This document shows, in pieces, positions 27,672 through 38,872 of a DNA stretch of 64,000 nucleotides (position 1 is its first letter; each line of letters begins with the position of its first letter). The stretch comes from an uncultured Pseudanabaenaceae cyanobacterium (GTDB lineage: Bacteria; Cyanobacteriota; Cyanobacteriia; PCC-9006; JAAUQQ01): NCBI GenBank assembly GCA_938017515.1, contig CALIJJ010000065.1, forward strand, positions 1,177-65,176, written 5' to 3'. The position numbers and the translations under genes are program-made. The notes beneath the pieces are model-generated. The model worked only from the letters and a program-made list of their open reading frames with translations. It had not been told where the DNA came from and did no database searches.

Positions 27672-28736
27672 ATGAGCGATGCCTTTCGTCTGTTGCTAAA
27701 GCAAGTAGGCAGCGGAACCCATACCAGCAAATCCCTCAGCCGCGAAGCCGCCGCTGAAGCGATGACACTAATGCTGAAGCAAGAGGCAACCCCCGCCCAA
27801 ATTGGGGCGTTCATGATTGCCCATCGCATCAAGCGCCCCACGCCGGAGGAGTTGGCGGGCATGCTGGATGCCTATGAAACACTGGGTCCTCAGGTGGCTG
27901 CCATTGACAATGCCACTGTCTTTGTCTTCTGCCATCCCTACGATGGGCGATCGCGCACAGCTCCCGTCGCCCCCCTCGTCGGTTTAGTTTTGGCCAGTGC
28001 AGGCGTCGCCAGCCTCTGTCCCGGGGGTCGCCGTATGCCCACAAAATTTGGTGTCCCGCTGGTGGAGTTGTGGCAAAAACTGGGGGTGGACTGGACGGGG
28101 CTCTCACTCCAGCAACTCCACCGAATTTTTGCTCAAACCCACCTGGGTCTGGTCTATCTGCCCACCCACTTTCCCTTGGCAGAAGGTCTGACTCGCTATC
28201 GGGAAGAGTTGGGTAAACGTCCCCCTCTCGCGTCCATGGAACTGGTCTGGAATCCCTATGCTGGATCAGCCACGCTAGTGTCCGGTTTTGTCCATCCGCC
28301 CACCGAAGAGCGTCTGTTGGAAACCCTCCGAATTCGTGGCGGCTTCAGCACCAATTCTGGGGTCTTGTTTATTAAAGGATTGGAAGGCAGCTGTGACCTC
28401 CCGCGCGATCGCGCCTGCATCATCAGCCATCACCACCCCCAAGACAATGGCTTCGCTTCTGAACGCCTGATTCTCCATCCCCAGGATTTTGGCCAGGGAG
28501 GAAGCGAAGTTGCCTACACCACCGAAGCAGACTGGCAAATCTGCGCGCAGCAAACCCTGGCCGGGGAAGCGAACCCACTCTGGTCAGCGACTGTCTGGAA
28601 CAGCGGGTTTTATCTCTGGCAAGCCAAACAAGCAGACAGCCTCGAAGCAGGCATCGCCCAGGCAGAGGAATCCCTTACCAGCGGAAGCGCACACGAGGCT
28701 CTAACTCAGCTACAAACCAGCCTGGCTAAGCTGTAA
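27672..28736 (+). CDS. cnaT: Anthranilate phosphoribosyltransferase-like protein CnaT
   Basis: VGSGTHTSK, AQIGAFMIAHRIKRP, PYDGRSRT, GFVHPPTE, KGLEGSCDL; directly downstream of ntcB. Confidence 0.85.
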   Translation: MSDAFRLLLKQVGSGTHTSKSLSREAAAEAMTLMLKQEATPAQIGAFMIAHRIKRPTPEELAGMLDAYETLGPQVAAIDNATVFVFCHPYDGRSRTAPVAPLVGLVLASAGVASLCPGGRRMPTKFGVPLVELWQKLGVDWTGLSLQQLHRIFAQTHLGLVYLPTHFPLAEGLTRYREELGKRPPLASMELVWNPYAGSATLVSGFVHPPTEERLLETLRIRGGFSTNSGVLFIKGLEGSCDLPRDRACIISHHHPQDNGFASERLILHPQDFGQGGSEVAYTTEADWQICAQQTLAGEANPLWSATVWNSGFYLWQAKQADSLEAGIAQAEESLTSGSAHEALTQLQTSLAKL

Positions 28737-28814
28737 GCCAGCAGAGAACGGGTTCAGACAGCCAGTCGCAGGCATTCCAGTACTGGCATTTGGCATTGGT
28801 AATGCCCCCCAACC

Positions 28815-29438
28815 ATGAGCATCAGCACCATGAGCATCAGCCTTGAAGCTCTTATCCTTGCAGGCGGCAACAGCAGCCGTATGGGACAGGACAAAGCATT
28901 ACTCTCTCATCCAGGATCGGGTCAGCCTCTGCTCACACATCTTTGCGAGATTTCACAAGTCCATTGCCAGCAGGTATCGGTGCTAACGCCCCGTATAGCC
29001 CAGTACCAGCCGTTGCTGCCACCGGGCTGCCGCTGTCTACAGGAATCTCGCCCCCACTCAGCCTCGCCGCTGGGACCCTTGATAGCCTTTCGAGAAGGGT
29101 TAACCCGGCTTCAGGCCAGCTGGATTTTGTTGTTGGCCTGCGATCTACCCGGACTCAAGGCCGACACGATTGGAGGTTGGCTACCGTCTCTCGCCCATGC
29201 CAGCCCCAAGACCATCGCGCTCTTGCCCCGGGGAAGTAAAGGCTGGGAGCCCCTGTGTGGATTTTATCGGCGGCGTGCCCTTACCTCGCTAGACCAGGCG
29301 ATCGCCCAAAACAAACGTTCCTTCCAACGCTGGCTCGCCACCGAAACCGTCGAGCCCCTAACCATTCAAGATTCCAGCACGCTGCAAAACTGCAATACCC
29401 CCGAAGAATGGGGTCAATTTCAACAGCAATTTAGCTAG
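28815..29438 (+). CDS. mobA: Molybdenum cofactor guanylyltransferase
   Basis: LILAGGNSSRMGQDKALL, LLACDLP, EPLCGFY, NCNTPEE; start region duplicated (MSIST MSISL). Confidence 0.92.
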   Translation: MSISTMSISLEALILAGGNSSRMGQDKALLSHPGSGQPLLTHLCEISQVHCQQVSVLTPRIAQYQPLLPPGCRCLQESRPHSASPLGPLIAFREGLTRLQASWILLLACDLPGLKADTIGGWLPSLAHASPKTIALLPRGSKGWEPLCGFYRRRALTSLDQAIAQNKRSFQRWLATETVEPLTIQDSSTLQNCNTPEEWGQFQQQFS

Positions 29439-29609
29439 AGTCAGCTTGTCGAACCCCCTTCAGAAACACTTCCCTATCTCAACACAGACCAAATCTCTCC
29501 AGCCTGCCCCCCAAGGGCCTGACTGTATGACCTTCGCCCACCAGCATCACCCATCCATTGCGATTCATTGCAGCTTGGTCCGAATTACTCCAAATTTCAA
29601 CAAGGGACG

Positions 29610-30101
29610 TTAAGTTTCCTGAGAATCCAGCGTGCAGTTCGGGTCATAAAGCTGGGCGATCGCCTCCGCCAAAACCCCAGGTAAGCGCCGCATAATCTTG
29701 CCAGACGACCGATTCACCGCCACAAGCGTGACCTGAGCCGTCAGGTGCAATCGCAGACCATCCGTGCTCCAAAGCTCATAGGACCAGAGCAGACGCACCC
29801 CCTTTTGGGGCTCTAGACGCGTCTTCAGCACCCCTTTACTCCCCATGCGCATGGCCTGACGATAGCGAATTTGTAAGTCCACGACGGGCAAATCGCACCC
29901 CATCTCCACCAATTGGGCAAAGGCGACCCCAGCCTGAGCCAGACAATCAACCCGCACCTCTTCCATCCAACGAATGTAGCTACCGTGCCAAACAATCCCG
30001 GCATAGTCTGTGTGATGCGGATAAACCCGAATAGGGTAATCAAACCAGGGAGAGGCCACAGAGGCGGAGGCAGACAATTCAGGCGATTCAGGATTAGGCA
30101 T
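29610..30101 (-). CDS. Acyl-CoA thioesterase (YbgC/4HBT hotdog family)
   Basis: RVYPHHTDYAGIVWHGSYIRWMEE. Confidence 0.88.
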   Translation of the reverse strand: MPNPESPELSASASVASPWFDYPIRVYPHHTDYAGIVWHGSYIRWMEEVRVDCLAQAGVAFAQLVEMGCDLPVVDLQIRYRQAMRMGSKGVLKTRLEPQKGVRLLWSYELWSTDGLRLHLTAQVTLVAVNRSSGKIMRRLPGVLAEAIAQLYDPNCTLDSQET

Positions 30102-30102
30102 A

Positions 30103-30136
30103 ACTGGAGCTTCAACGGTACTGGAGCTTCAAACGT
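30103..30136. repeat. 2 x 17-bp duplication
   Basis: ACTGGAGCTTCAACGGT / ACTGGAGCTTCAAACGT. Confidence 0.85.
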
Positions 30137-30375
30137 CTCAGGAGAGACGCTGTCAAAACACAAATGAGTCGAGAGAGCATCAAAATGATGGGACTCCCTC
30201 AGGGATCATGAACTATCTGAGGAAAATGCATCGGATTACTAAGGGGAAGTATAGGTCGGGGAAAATTTTCTAAGATAGGTTGCGGAAGTCAATTCGTGAA
30301 ACAGCGGAGTGACTTGCCCAGCCATCGCCTAAAGATTAAGACAAACCTTCTAATACACAAACTCTAAAACACAAG

Positions 30376-31206
30376 ATGATTGGAAAGATTCTGCTGGCAG
30401 ACTCGGGCGCAGGGCAATCAACAGAGATGCTCAAGATGCTCCTCAACATTGAGCCGCTCAAAGCTGCTCAGGTGACCATCTTGAACGTGATCCCCTCGCA
30501 AAACAATCAAGACAAACTAGAGGAAAAGAAAGCCGAAAGCACAACGCTTCTGGAAACAGCCGTCGCAACCCTCAAGCTTGAGCCCGGACAGGTGTCCACC
30601 ATCGTTCGAGAAGGTGACCCTAAAACGGTCGTCTGTGCCGTTGCCGAAGAACTCGATACTGACCTCATCATCATGGGTTCTAGAGGTCTCAAGCGCCTCC
30701 AGTCCATCCTGCAAAACTCGGTTAGCCAGTATGTCTTCCAGCTCTCTGGCAAGCCCATGCTATTGGTCAAGGACGACATCTTTGTAAAACGCATCAAGCG
30801 CATCATGGTCGCCTACGACAAGTCCAGCTCGGCAGATCAATGTCTCGACATGGCCCTTTACCTCCTACGGGACATTTCGGGCGGCCAGCTAATTTTGGGC
30901 CACTCCGGCGCGACAAAGACCGTAGAAGATGCTGCGGCAGATCCAGTCCTTGCACCGGCGATCGCCAAAGCCAAACAGGCGGGCATCCAATACCAATGCT
31001 TCAGCAGCAAGTCCAAACCGGGCCCCGAAATTTGTCGCCTTGCCGAAGAAACGAATGCAGATCTGCTGATTTTGGGCTCCCCCGATCGTCGCCCATCGGT
31101 AGCCAAGAACCTGCCTGACCTCGACCGCCTATTGGGCAGCTCCCTCTCGGACTATGTACGCGTCAATGCGACTTGCCCAGTACTCCTGGCTCGCACAACA
31201 AACTAA
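30376..31206 (+). CDS. Universal stress protein (tandem USP domains)
   Basis: KILLADSG, GDPK, IIMGSRG, NSVSQYV, GSSLSDYV, CPVLL. Confidence 0.9.
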   Translation: MIGKILLADSGAGQSTEMLKMLLNIEPLKAAQVTILNVIPSQNNQDKLEEKKAESTTLLETAVATLKLEPGQVSTIVREGDPKTVVCAVAEELDTDLIIMGSRGLKRLQSILQNSVSQYVFQLSGKPMLLVKDDIFVKRIKRIMVAYDKSSSADQCLDMALYLLRDISGGQLILGHSGATKTVEDAAADPVLAPAIAKAKQAGIQYQCFSSKSKPGPEICRLAEETNADLLILGSPDRRPSVAKNLPDLDRLLGSSLSDYVRVNATCPVLLARTTN

Positions 31207-31279
31207 CGACATCGGTCTAACAAAACAAGTCCAGTGCGGAACAGCGCCTTGGGCTTCAGCTTCGCCGAAAATCCGTATA

Positions 31280-31317
31280 AAAAGCGAGGGGCACAAGATT
31301 TTGTGCCCCTCGCTTTT
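31280..31317. terminator. Bidirectional intrinsic terminator
   Basis: AAAAGCGAGGGGCACAA...TTGTGCCCCTCGCTTTT. Confidence 0.9.
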
Positions 31318-31363
31318 CAGAATTTCTAACTTAATTCCCTACGTGATTCCCTACGTGGAGATT

Positions 31364-31477
31364 TTAGTTGTCGGCAGAGTTGCGGCTAGCCGTCTGGATG
31401 TACAGAATAATCAAAAACACCACTGGGACCAGAACAAACAGCAAACTTGCTACAAATCCAAGCTCATTAACTTCCAT
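31364..31477 (-). CDS. psbM: Photosystem II protein PsbM (not in ORF track)
   Basis: Manual translation [37 protein letters not shown]. Confidence 0.96.
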   Translation of the reverse strand: MEVNELGFVASLLFVLVPVVFLIILYIQTASRNSADN

Positions 31478-31628
31478 GAAAGCTCGCCTCTATCAAAATT
31501 TTTGAAATTTTTCACAGATTACCATTGTGCTAGCCTCCACTGCCGACCTCTCTCGCAGTGTTACAAGCTTGAAACATCCTCTTGTGAGCAACGCGAGGCC
31601 GACACATCTAGGCACTCACGCACTCAAC

Positions 31629-31973
31629 CTAAGAGGCCGACGCAGCCTTGTCCTTGGAGTCATCAGCCTTTTTTGCACCAGGCTTCGTCTTAACGCTCAC
31701 CGGACCATTGACAAGCGCCTGGCAGGCCAAACGGTAATTTTCTGGCTTGCGCTTCAGCTTACGCTCCTCAAAAGCCGTCTTGGGCGTGAGATTTTCCATA
31801 CCCTCCACGATTTCCACAACACAGGTGGCGCACTGGCCATAACCGCCACAGTTCGTCAGCTTGCCCATAAATTTGTAAATATCGACGTCGTTCTCTAACG
31901 CCTTAAACCTCAGGTTCGCCCCATCGGCGGCAACAACCTGTTTGTCCTCATTTACAAACTTAATCGTGGGCAT
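31629..31973 (-). CDS. 2Fe-2S ferredoxin-like protein
   Basis: [11 protein letters not shown]...RLACQ; typical psbM/psbB neighbour. Confidence 0.9.
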   Translation of the reverse strand: MPTIKFVNEDKQVVAADGANLRFKALENDVDIYKFMGKLTNCGGYGQCATCVVEIVEGMENLTPKTAFEERKLKRKPENYRLACQALVNGPVSVKTKPGAKKADDSKDKAASAS

Positions 31974-32040
31974 TTCACATCCTCAGACGAAAAGGCGGGT
32001 GGTCTAGAGATCACGAGTCGATCCTCCTTTACTCTAGGTC

Positions 32041-32154
32041 AATGTAACGAAAATTAACAGAATCTACGACCCTGTGACGCATTCCTTCGACGCTACCCAA
32101 ATCGCTGAAACTGTCTTGCATTCGGCTCTCAGACTGGTTACACTTCGTTATACA
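32041..32154. promoter_or_regulatory. Two HLR1-like (RpaB) direct repeats in the ferredoxin/psbB divergent promoter
   Basis: Minus strand GTTAATTT-TC-GTTACATT (32058-32041); plus strand GTTACACT-TC-GTTATACA (32137-32154). Confidence 0.5.
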
Positions 32155-32273
32155 TTTCAACTTTGAGAAATCGTACTCATAAGTTACTTTTTTCCGGTTT
32201 CTGAGAGTCCCACGGGATTCGATGAGTCGGGGAATGAATTGTAAAAAACACATATCGAGGAGGCGCGTAGTCG

Positions 32274-33794
32274 ATGGGGCTACCTTGGTACCGTGTACAC
32301 ACGGTCGTCCTCAATGACCCGGGACGACTGATCTCCGTACACCTCATGCATACAGCCCTTGTGGCTGGCTGGGCAGGCTCGATGGCGCTCTATGAGCTCG
32401 CTATCTTTGACCCCAGTGATCCGGTCTTAAATCCCATGTGGCGTCAGGGCATGTTCGTATTGCCCTTCATGTCTCGTTTGGGTGTAACTGACTCTTGGAA
32501 CGGCTGGAGCGTCACTGGCGCGACTGGCGTTGATCCAGGCTACTGGAGTTTCGAGGGCGTTGCCGCTGCACACATCGTTTTGTCAGGTCTTCTGTTCCTA
32601 GCCGCCATCTGGCACTGGGTTTACTGGGACCTCGAACTCTTTACGGATCCTCGGACGGGTGAAGCTGCGCTTGACCTGCCCAAGATGTTCGGTATTCACC
32701 TGCTGCTTTCTGGCCTGCTTTGCTTTGGCTTTGGAGCATTCCACCTCTCTGGGCTTTGGGGCCCAGGTATGTGGGTCTCTGATCCCTATGGCATCACAGG
32801 GCACGTCCAGGCGGTGGCCCCAGAGTGGGGACCTTCAGGATTTAACCCCTTTAACCCTGGTGGTATTGTCGCTCACCACATTGCGGCGGGCATCGTCGGC
32901 ATTATTGCTGGCCTGTTCCACCTCACCGTGCGTCCGCCGGAGCGTCTCTATCGCGCCCTGAGAATGGGTAACATCGAGACTGTCCTCTCCAGCAGTATCG
33001 CTGCTGTGTTCTTTGCTGCGTTCATCGTGGCTGGAACCATGTGGTACGGAAACGCTGCAACGCCCATTGAGCTGTTTGGCCCAACGCGTTACCAGTGGGA
33101 CCAGAACTACTTCCAGCAGGAGATGGTTCGCCGCGTCAATCGTGACGTTGCAGCTGGCGACACGGTAGAAGCCGCTTGGAACAAGATTCCTGAGCGATTG
33201 GCCTTCTACGACTACGTTGGCAACAGCCCTGCGAAGGGTGGTCTGTTCCGTACTGGCGCCATGAACAGTGGCGACGGTATTGCGCAGTCCTGGCTGGGTC
33301 ACCCCGTCTTCACTGACGGCGAAGGTCGCGAGCTATTTGTTCGTCGCCTGCCCAACTTCTTCGAGAACTTGCCTGTTGTCCTCACCGACAAAGACGGCAT
33401 TGTTCGTGCAGACATTCCTTTCCGTCGTGCTGAGTCTCGCTACTCCTTTGAGGAAAATGGCGTGACCGCGACCTTCTACGGTGGCGCCCTAAACGGCCAG
33501 ACCTTGACGGATGCCTCTGCAGTGAAGCGTGCTGCTCGCCGTGCTCAACTGGGTGAGCCCTTCGAGTTCGACACGGAAACCCTCGAATCCGATGGTGTAT
33601 TCCGTACGAGTCCTCGCGGTTGGTTTACCTTTGGCCATGCTTGCTTTGCATTGCTGTTCTTCTTTGGTCACCTCTGGCACGGCTCCCGGACCCTGTTCCG
33701 TGACGTCTTCGCTGGTATTGAAGCTGACCTAGGCGAACAAATCGAGTTCGGTGCGTTCCAGAAACTGGGCGACCTCACCACTCGCAAAAGCTAG
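32274..33794 (+). CDS. psbB: Photosystem II CP47
   Basis: [19 protein letters not shown]...FQKLGD; GAGGAGG RBS. Confidence 0.99.
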   Translation: MGLPWYRVHTVVLNDPGRLISVHLMHTALVAGWAGSMALYELAIFDPSDPVLNPMWRQGMFVLPFMSRLGVTDSWNGWSVTGATGVDPGYWSFEGVAAAHIVLSGLLFLAAIWHWVYWDLELFTDPRTGEAALDLPKMFGIHLLLSGLLCFGFGAFHLSGLWGPGMWVSDPYGITGHVQAVAPEWGPSGFNPFNPGGIVAHHIAAGIVGIIAGLFHLTVRPPERLYRALRMGNIETVLSSSIAAVFFAAFIVAGTMWYGNAATPIELFGPTRYQWDQNYFQQEMVRRVNRDVAAGDTVEAAWNKIPERLAFYDYVGNSPAKGGLFRTGAMNSGDGIAQSWLGHPVFTDGEGRELFVRRLPNFFENLPVVLTDKDGIVRADIPFRRAESRYSFEENGVTATFYGGALNGQTLTDASAVKRAARRAQLGEPFEFDTETLESDGVFRTSPRGWFTFGHACFALLFFFGHLWHGSRTLFRDVFAGIEADLGEQIEFGAFQKLGDLTTRKS

Positions 33795-33821
33795 GATTAC
33801 GGTTTGACCGTAAATCTAGTT

Positions 33822-33854
33822 AAAAAAGAGGAAGGAACCCCTTCCTCTTTTTTT
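33822..33854 (+). terminator. Intrinsic terminator after psbB
   Basis: AAAAAAGAGGAAGG-AACC-CCTTCCTCTTTTTTT. Confidence 0.88.
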
Positions 33855-33970
33855 CTAGGTTCCGCTCTAGCAAAGCAATTTTCGATAACGTTCGATATCC
33901 AATGTCAATGTTTTCAGCTTCTTGAAGCTGCTAAACTGAAGGCAATAGTAAAGCGGGACATTCAACTGCT

Positions 33971-34066
33971 ATGGAAAGCGTCATTTACATTCTGGTGCTC
34001 ACAGGAGCACTGGCTACGATCTTCTTTGCAATTACCTTCCGCGAACCCCCCAAGATTGGTAAGTAG
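33971..34066 (+). CDS. psbT: Photosystem II protein PsbT (not in ORF track)
   Basis: Manual translation MESVIYILVLTGALATIFFAITFREPPKIGK*. Confidence 0.95.
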   Translation: MESVIYILVLTGALATIFFAITFREPPKIGK

Positions 34067-34406
34067 TTCGTCAAAGCGACGGCTTCGGTTGTCGGGTTCG
34101 GAATCTGATCGCTAGAGTCCGAATAATTTTTAAGATAGAGCCTCTGAATTTGCGTTCAGGGGTTTTTTAGATCTGTTCCCTCAATATTGCAGCGCTTCAT
34201 TCAGAGAAGCGGTACGTTTTTACAATAACGACGCCCCCATTCCTTAAAACACATAGAATGAAGCATTCGCCCTGAGCCTATTTTTGACCTATGCTGATCA
34301 AAAGGGTGACAATTTAAGTTCATAATCCTGCGTTGGTGATGTTTGATCTGCCATTGCACTGATGACAAGACCACCGTGCATTTCCACTGCGTTCGTGTAA
34401 GGTCCT

Positions 34407-34982
34407 ATGCGCTGCACCGTCTGCTGCCACACCGATAGCCGAGTTCTAGAATCCCGCTCTACCGAGGGGGGACGCAGTGTGCGTAGGCGGCGGGAATGTC
34501 TCAACTGCAGCAACCGTTTCACCACCTATGAGCGCATTGAGTTCGTGCCGATTACGGTTCTGAAACGTAATGGCGATCGCGAATCCTTCGACACCTCCAA
34601 ATTACTCCACGGCCTATCCAGAGCCTGCGAAAAGACAACCATTTCCGCGCAGGATCAGCAGCGAATTGTCTCTGACGTCGCCGCCGAGATCCAACAGCGG
34701 ACCCTAAGGGAAATAGACAGTCGTGAAATCGGTGACATTGTTCTCACCCAACTGCGCCCCTTGAGTGAAGTCGCTTACGTTCGTTTCGCCTCCGTCTATC
34801 AACAATTTCAGAGCATTCGCGATTTTGTCGAAACCCTAGAGCATCTCCGTGAGGCTCCCCCAAAGAACAAGAACACTCCACCTTCTTTGGAATCTTCGGC
34901 GACTGAGGGCCTTTCTCCAGAAGCGGTTCTATCCAAAACAGCCGTATCTAAAGCAGCCCTGCCAGAATCCAGCCTTATCTAA
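34407..34982 (+). CDS. nrdR: Transcriptional repressor NrdR
   Basis: CxxC...[27 protein letters not shown] cone, [10 protein letters not shown]. Confidence 0.95.
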   Translation: MRCTVCCHTDSRVLESRSTEGGRSVRRRRECLNCSNRFTTYERIEFVPITVLKRNGDRESFDTSKLLHGLSRACEKTTISAQDQQRIVSDVAAEIQQRTLREIDSREIGDIVLTQLRPLSEVAYVRFASVYQQFQSIRDFVETLEHLREAPPKNKNTPPSLESSATEGLSPEAVLSKTAVSKAALPESSLI

Positions 34983-35303
34983 CTAAAAAACGGTTCGTCC
35001 GACTGCTCCAAGATTTCTACGGTGTCAAACTCGCAATTTGCGTCGCGAATAACTGCTTTTCAAGGAATATTCCCCCATAAGCATCTCTCTTCCAAAAGCC
35101 TCGTAAACTGAACAAATATTAGGATGGTGCGTTAAGTTCCTTCCAATCTTCGCTATGATGATAAATCTGGAATAAAACTCGTCGTGAGATGAAGCACCTA
35201 TGCCGTGAGGCTGGCCGTCGCGCTTGCATGGACTGCTGATTCTCGTATGCGATACGAACTTTTGTACAGCTTAGACACGGAGACTCCCTAGGAAACCCTT
35301 AGC

Positions 35304-36299
35304 ATGGCCAATCAGGAAACCGCCACCGCGGACATCGGTTTTACACACGACGATTTTGCTGCCTTACTCGACAAGTACGACTATCACTTCAATCCTGGCG
35401 ATACCGTTGCCGGGACCGTGTTCAGTCTCGAACCCCGCGGTGCGCTCATTGACATCGGTGCAAAGACAGCGGCTTACATTCCCATCCAGGAAATGTCCAT
35501 CAACCGTGTGGATAGCCCAGATGAGGTATTGCAATCCAACGAGACCCGCGAATTTTTCATTCTCACCGATGAAAATGAAGATGGTCAGCTAACCCTTTCC
35601 ATTCGCCGCATCGAGTACATGCGCGCTTGGGAGCGGGTTCGTCAGCTCCAAGCCGAGGACGCTACCGTACGTTCCGCTGTATTCGCGACCAACCGAGGTG
35701 GCGCCCTGGTGCGCATTGAGGGTCTGCGCGGCTTTATCCCCGGCTCCCACATCAGCACTCGCAAGCCGAAGGAAGACTTGGTTGCCGAGGAGCTGCCTCT
35801 CAAGTTCCTGGAAGTCGATGAAGACCGCAATCGCCTGGTGCTCAGCCACCGTCGTGCCCTGGTCGAGCGTAAGATGAATCGCCTCGAAGTCGGCGAGGTT
35901 GTCATCGGTACCGTTCGTGGTATCAAGCCCTACGGTGCGTTTATCGATATCGGTGGCGTCAGTGGTCTGCTTCACATCTCCGAGATCTCCCACGATCACA
36001 TTGAGACCCCACACAATGTCTTCAACGTGAACGACGAAGTGAAGGTCATGATCATTGACTTGGATGCTGAGCGCGGACGTATTTCCCTCTCCACCAAGCA
36101 GCTTGAGCCCGAGCCCGGTGACATGGTCAAAAATCCTCAAATTGTCTATGACAAAGCCGAGGAAATGGCCGAGAAGTACCGTGAGCAGATGCGCATGAAG
36201 GCCGAAGGCATCGACCCGAACTCTGTCCCCCAAGAAGAAACGTTCGTTGACAACGACAACGACGACGCGGGCGAAGAAACGACTGATGATGAAGAGTAA
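35304..36299 (+). CDS. rpsA: 30S ribosomal protein S1
   Basis: Three S1 domains; FAALLDKYDYHF, GALIDIGAK, GLRGFIPGSH, GLLHISEISH. Confidence 0.96.
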   Translation: MANQETATADIGFTHDDFAALLDKYDYHFNPGDTVAGTVFSLEPRGALIDIGAKTAAYIPIQEMSINRVDSPDEVLQSNETREFFILTDENEDGQLTLSIRRIEYMRAWERVRQLQAEDATVRSAVFATNRGGALVRIEGLRGFIPGSHISTRKPKEDLVAEELPLKFLEVDEDRNRLVLSHRRALVERKMNRLEVGEVVIGTVRGIKPYGAFIDIGGVSGLLHISEISHDHIETPHNVFNVNDEVKVMIIDLDAERGRISLSTKQLEPEPGDMVKNPQIVYDKAEEMAEKYREQMRMKAEGIDPNSVPQEETFVDNDNDDAGEETTDDEE

Positions 36300-36355
36300 A
36301 TCGCCATTGTGTTCAGAGAGCGTGCTTTAAGCTCTGCGTTCTGATGCATGAGACC

Positions 36356-36389
36356 AAACCCCTCGGCCTTTTCTAGGTCGGGGGGTTTT
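36356..36389 (+). terminator. rpsA terminator
   Basis: AAACCCCTCGGCCT...AGGTCGGGGGGTTTT. Confidence 0.8.
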
Positions 36390-36400
36390 GTTCATTCCTT

Positions 36401-36448
36401 CTCACAAAACAGCCCTCTCACAAAACAGCCCCTCTCACAAAACAGCTC
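36401..36448. repeat. 3 x 16-17-bp tandem repeat
   Basis: CTCACAAAACAGC core three times. Confidence 0.9.
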
Positions 36449-36510
36449 GTGGTCCCGTAACCCCACCCCAAAAGCCGGGAAATTCCCAGACTCTTTTTTA
36501 GACAATCACC

Positions 36511-37317
36511 ATGGCTACAATCCGCTGCGCAGGCAAGGCTTATCACAATATTCGTGCGGTGCTATTTGACAAGGATGGTACTTTGGCGGATACCGCGCCT
36601 TACCTTGTACAACTCGGGCAACATCGGGCTCGGGCTGTGGCAGCCCGGCTAGAAAACCATTCCTTATCAAACCAAGCATTGAGCCCAATCAATGTTGAGG
36701 ATCAATTACTGCGTACCTTTGGCTTCGAGAATGGACAGCTTCGCCCTGCCGGACTACTGGCCGTTGCCTCCCGTGTGCAAACCGAGATCGCCGCTGCCGC
36801 CTTCATCACGGCCCAGGTGAAAGATTGGCACGAGGCGATGGCGATCGCCCAGGCCGCCTTCCAAGATGCCGATCAGCAAATGCCGCGAAAAGCAGAAACC
36901 ACTCACCTCTTCAAAGCAGCCCGCCCCATTCTGGAGCATCTCCATCGAGCAGATGTGAAGCTAGGCATCATCTCCGCCGACATCACCGCCAATATCGATG
37001 ATTTTGTGGACTATCACGGAATTCGCACCATGATCGACGTGAGCTGGGGAAACGATCGGCCTCCCAGCAAGCCGAATCCTGAAGCCTATCGCCAAGCCTG
37101 CAAGCAACTCGAGGTTCCCCCAGACAAAACTCTAATGCTCGGAGATGCAGAAGGCGACATGAGCATGGCCCAAGGCGCCCAGGCCGCAGGCTGCATTGGT
37201 GTGACCTGGGGCTGGCCGATGTCAGCAGAATCGGGCAAGAAAACACCTCATCAGGTACAAACACTACCCAGTGCCGACGTGATCCTAGATGACTGGCATG
37301 AATTTGAAGTCATCTAG
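36511..37317 (+). CDS. HAD-family hydrolase
   Basis: FDKDGTL, ISAD, KPNPE, LGDAEGD. Confidence 0.9.
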   Translation: MATIRCAGKAYHNIRAVLFDKDGTLADTAPYLVQLGQHRARAVAARLENHSLSNQALSPINVEDQLLRTFGFENGQLRPAGLLAVASRVQTEIAAAAFITAQVKDWHEAMAIAQAAFQDADQQMPRKAETTHLFKAARPILEHLHRADVKLGIISADITANIDDFVDYHGIRTMIDVSWGNDRPPSKPNPEAYRQACKQLEVPPDKTLMLGDAEGDMSMAQGAQAAGCIGVTWGWPMSAESGKKTPHQVQTLPSADVILDDWHEFEVI

Positions 37318-37486
37318 TTTTTTCTTTGGCAGAGTGTAGTGTCTCGCGAGTAATTTAGAAACCCGTAAAATTTCAGTGGTTTTGACAAGTTAATTGTGTG
37401 TAGGGACCGAAGCTCCTTAATATGTTCTTTAACCTTTGGGTTATAAACGATGGCGGAATAACTGCCTACACCAGGAGGATTGAGCC

Positions 37487-38740
37487 TTGACTCGTCGTTA
37501 TTTCTTCACCTCAGAATCTGTTACAGAAGGGCATCCCGACAAGATCTGCGATCAGATCTCAGACACTATTTTGGATGCCTTGCTGGAACAGGATCCAGCC
37601 AGCCGCGTTGCCGCAGAAGTTGTGGTCAACACTGGCTTGGTCTTGATCACCGGTGAAATTACTTCTAAAGCACAGGTCAATTTTATTGACCTAGCACGTA
37701 AGAAAATTACTGAAATTGGTTATGTCGGCGCAGATGGTGGCTTTGCAGCCAACAGTTGCTCCGTTTTAGTCGCCCTCGATGAACAATCGGCGGATATTGC
37801 CCAAGGCGTCAACAGTGCCTTGGAACAGCGTGAGCTGTCCGATGACGAGCTGGACGAGACCGGTGCAGGTGACCAGGGCATCATGTTTGGCTTTGCCTGC
37901 AATGAGACCCCTGAGCTGATGCCTTTGCCGATCAGCTTGGCCCACCGCATTTCCCGCCGCCTAGCTGCAGTCCGCAAAACCGGCGAACTGAAGTATCTTC
38001 GTCCAGACGGCAAGACTCAGGTCACAATTGCCTACGAAGGCAATAAGCCCGTCGCCGTGGACACCATCTTGATTTCCACCCAACATGCCCCCAACATCGG
38101 CGACATCACCGAGGAAAAGGCAGTACGTGAGAAAATTCAGGCGGATCTGTGGGAGCAGGTCGTTCAACCCGTCTTTTCTGACCTAGCGCTCAAGCCCGAC
38201 AGCGACACCACCTTCCTGGTTAACCCCACCGGTAAGTTTGTCGTGGGTGGTCCCCAGGGTGACGCGGGCTTGACCGGCCGCAAGATCATCGTAGATACCT
38301 ACGGTGGCTACTCTCGCCACGGCGGCGGTGCCTTCTCTGGAAAGGACCCCACCAAGGTTGACCGTAGTGCAGCCTATGCTTGCCGCTATGTGGCGAAAAA
38401 TATCGTCGCGGCGGGCTTGGCAGACAAGTGTGAGGTTCAGCTCAGTTATGCCATTGGCGTCGCGAAGCCCACCAGCGTTCTGGTGGAAACCTTTGGCACG
38501 GGCAAAGTCTCCGATGATGAGCTGCTGGATGCGGTTCAGAAGACGTTTGAACTGCGCCCCGAAGGAATCATCCAGACCTTTAAACTGCGTAATCTGCCCT
38601 CCCAGCGCAATGGTCGCTTCTATCAGGACACCGCTGCCTACGGTCACTTTGGCCGCACGGATCTGGACCTTCCCTGGGAAGCAACCGATAAGGCAGATGC
38701 TCTGAAAGATGCGGTAGCTTCGTCAGCGGCGGCTGTGTAG
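37487..38740 (+). CDS. metK: S-adenosylmethionine synthetase
   Basis: [36 protein letters not shown]; TTG start with AGGAGG RBS. Confidence 0.98.
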   Translation: MTRRYFFTSESVTEGHPDKICDQISDTILDALLEQDPASRVAAEVVVNTGLVLITGEITSKAQVNFIDLARKKITEIGYVGADGGFAANSCSVLVALDEQSADIAQGVNSALEQRELSDDELDETGAGDQGIMFGFACNETPELMPLPISLAHRISRRLAAVRKTGELKYLRPDGKTQVTIAYEGNKPVAVDTILISTQHAPNIGDITEEKAVREKIQADLWEQVVQPVFSDLALKPDSDTTFLVNPTGKFVVGGPQGDAGLTGRKIIVDTYGGYSRHGGGAFSGKDPTKVDRSAAYACRYVAKNIVAAGLADKCEVQLSYAIGVAKPTSVLVETFGTGKVSDDELLDAVQKTFELRPEGIIQTFKLRNLPSQRNGRFYQDTAAYGHFGRTDLDLPWEATDKADALKDAVASSAAAV

Positions 38741-38765
38741 GTACTGCTGCTGTGTAGATACTGCT
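38732..38765. repeat. 2 x 17-bp duplication spanning the metK stop codon
   Basis: GCTGTGTAGGTACTGCT / GCTGTGTAGATACTGCT. Confidence 0.9.
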
Positions 38766-38872
38766 TTCGAACGGGTCAATGATCTGAACTAGTCAAGAAG
38801 ACGAATTCAGTGAATTGACGAACTTGGGGCCTCTGCCAGTTTGGCGGAGGCTTCTTTAATGTTGAATCATTC

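Noticed and set aside
31154-31898. Plus-strand ORFs of 179 and 123 aa
   Set aside because: They are antisense shadows of psbM and the ferredoxin gene, and the longer one crosses a terminator.
37318-37486. SAM riboswitch upstream of metK
   Set aside because: AT-rich, promoter-like sequence with no S-box consensus.
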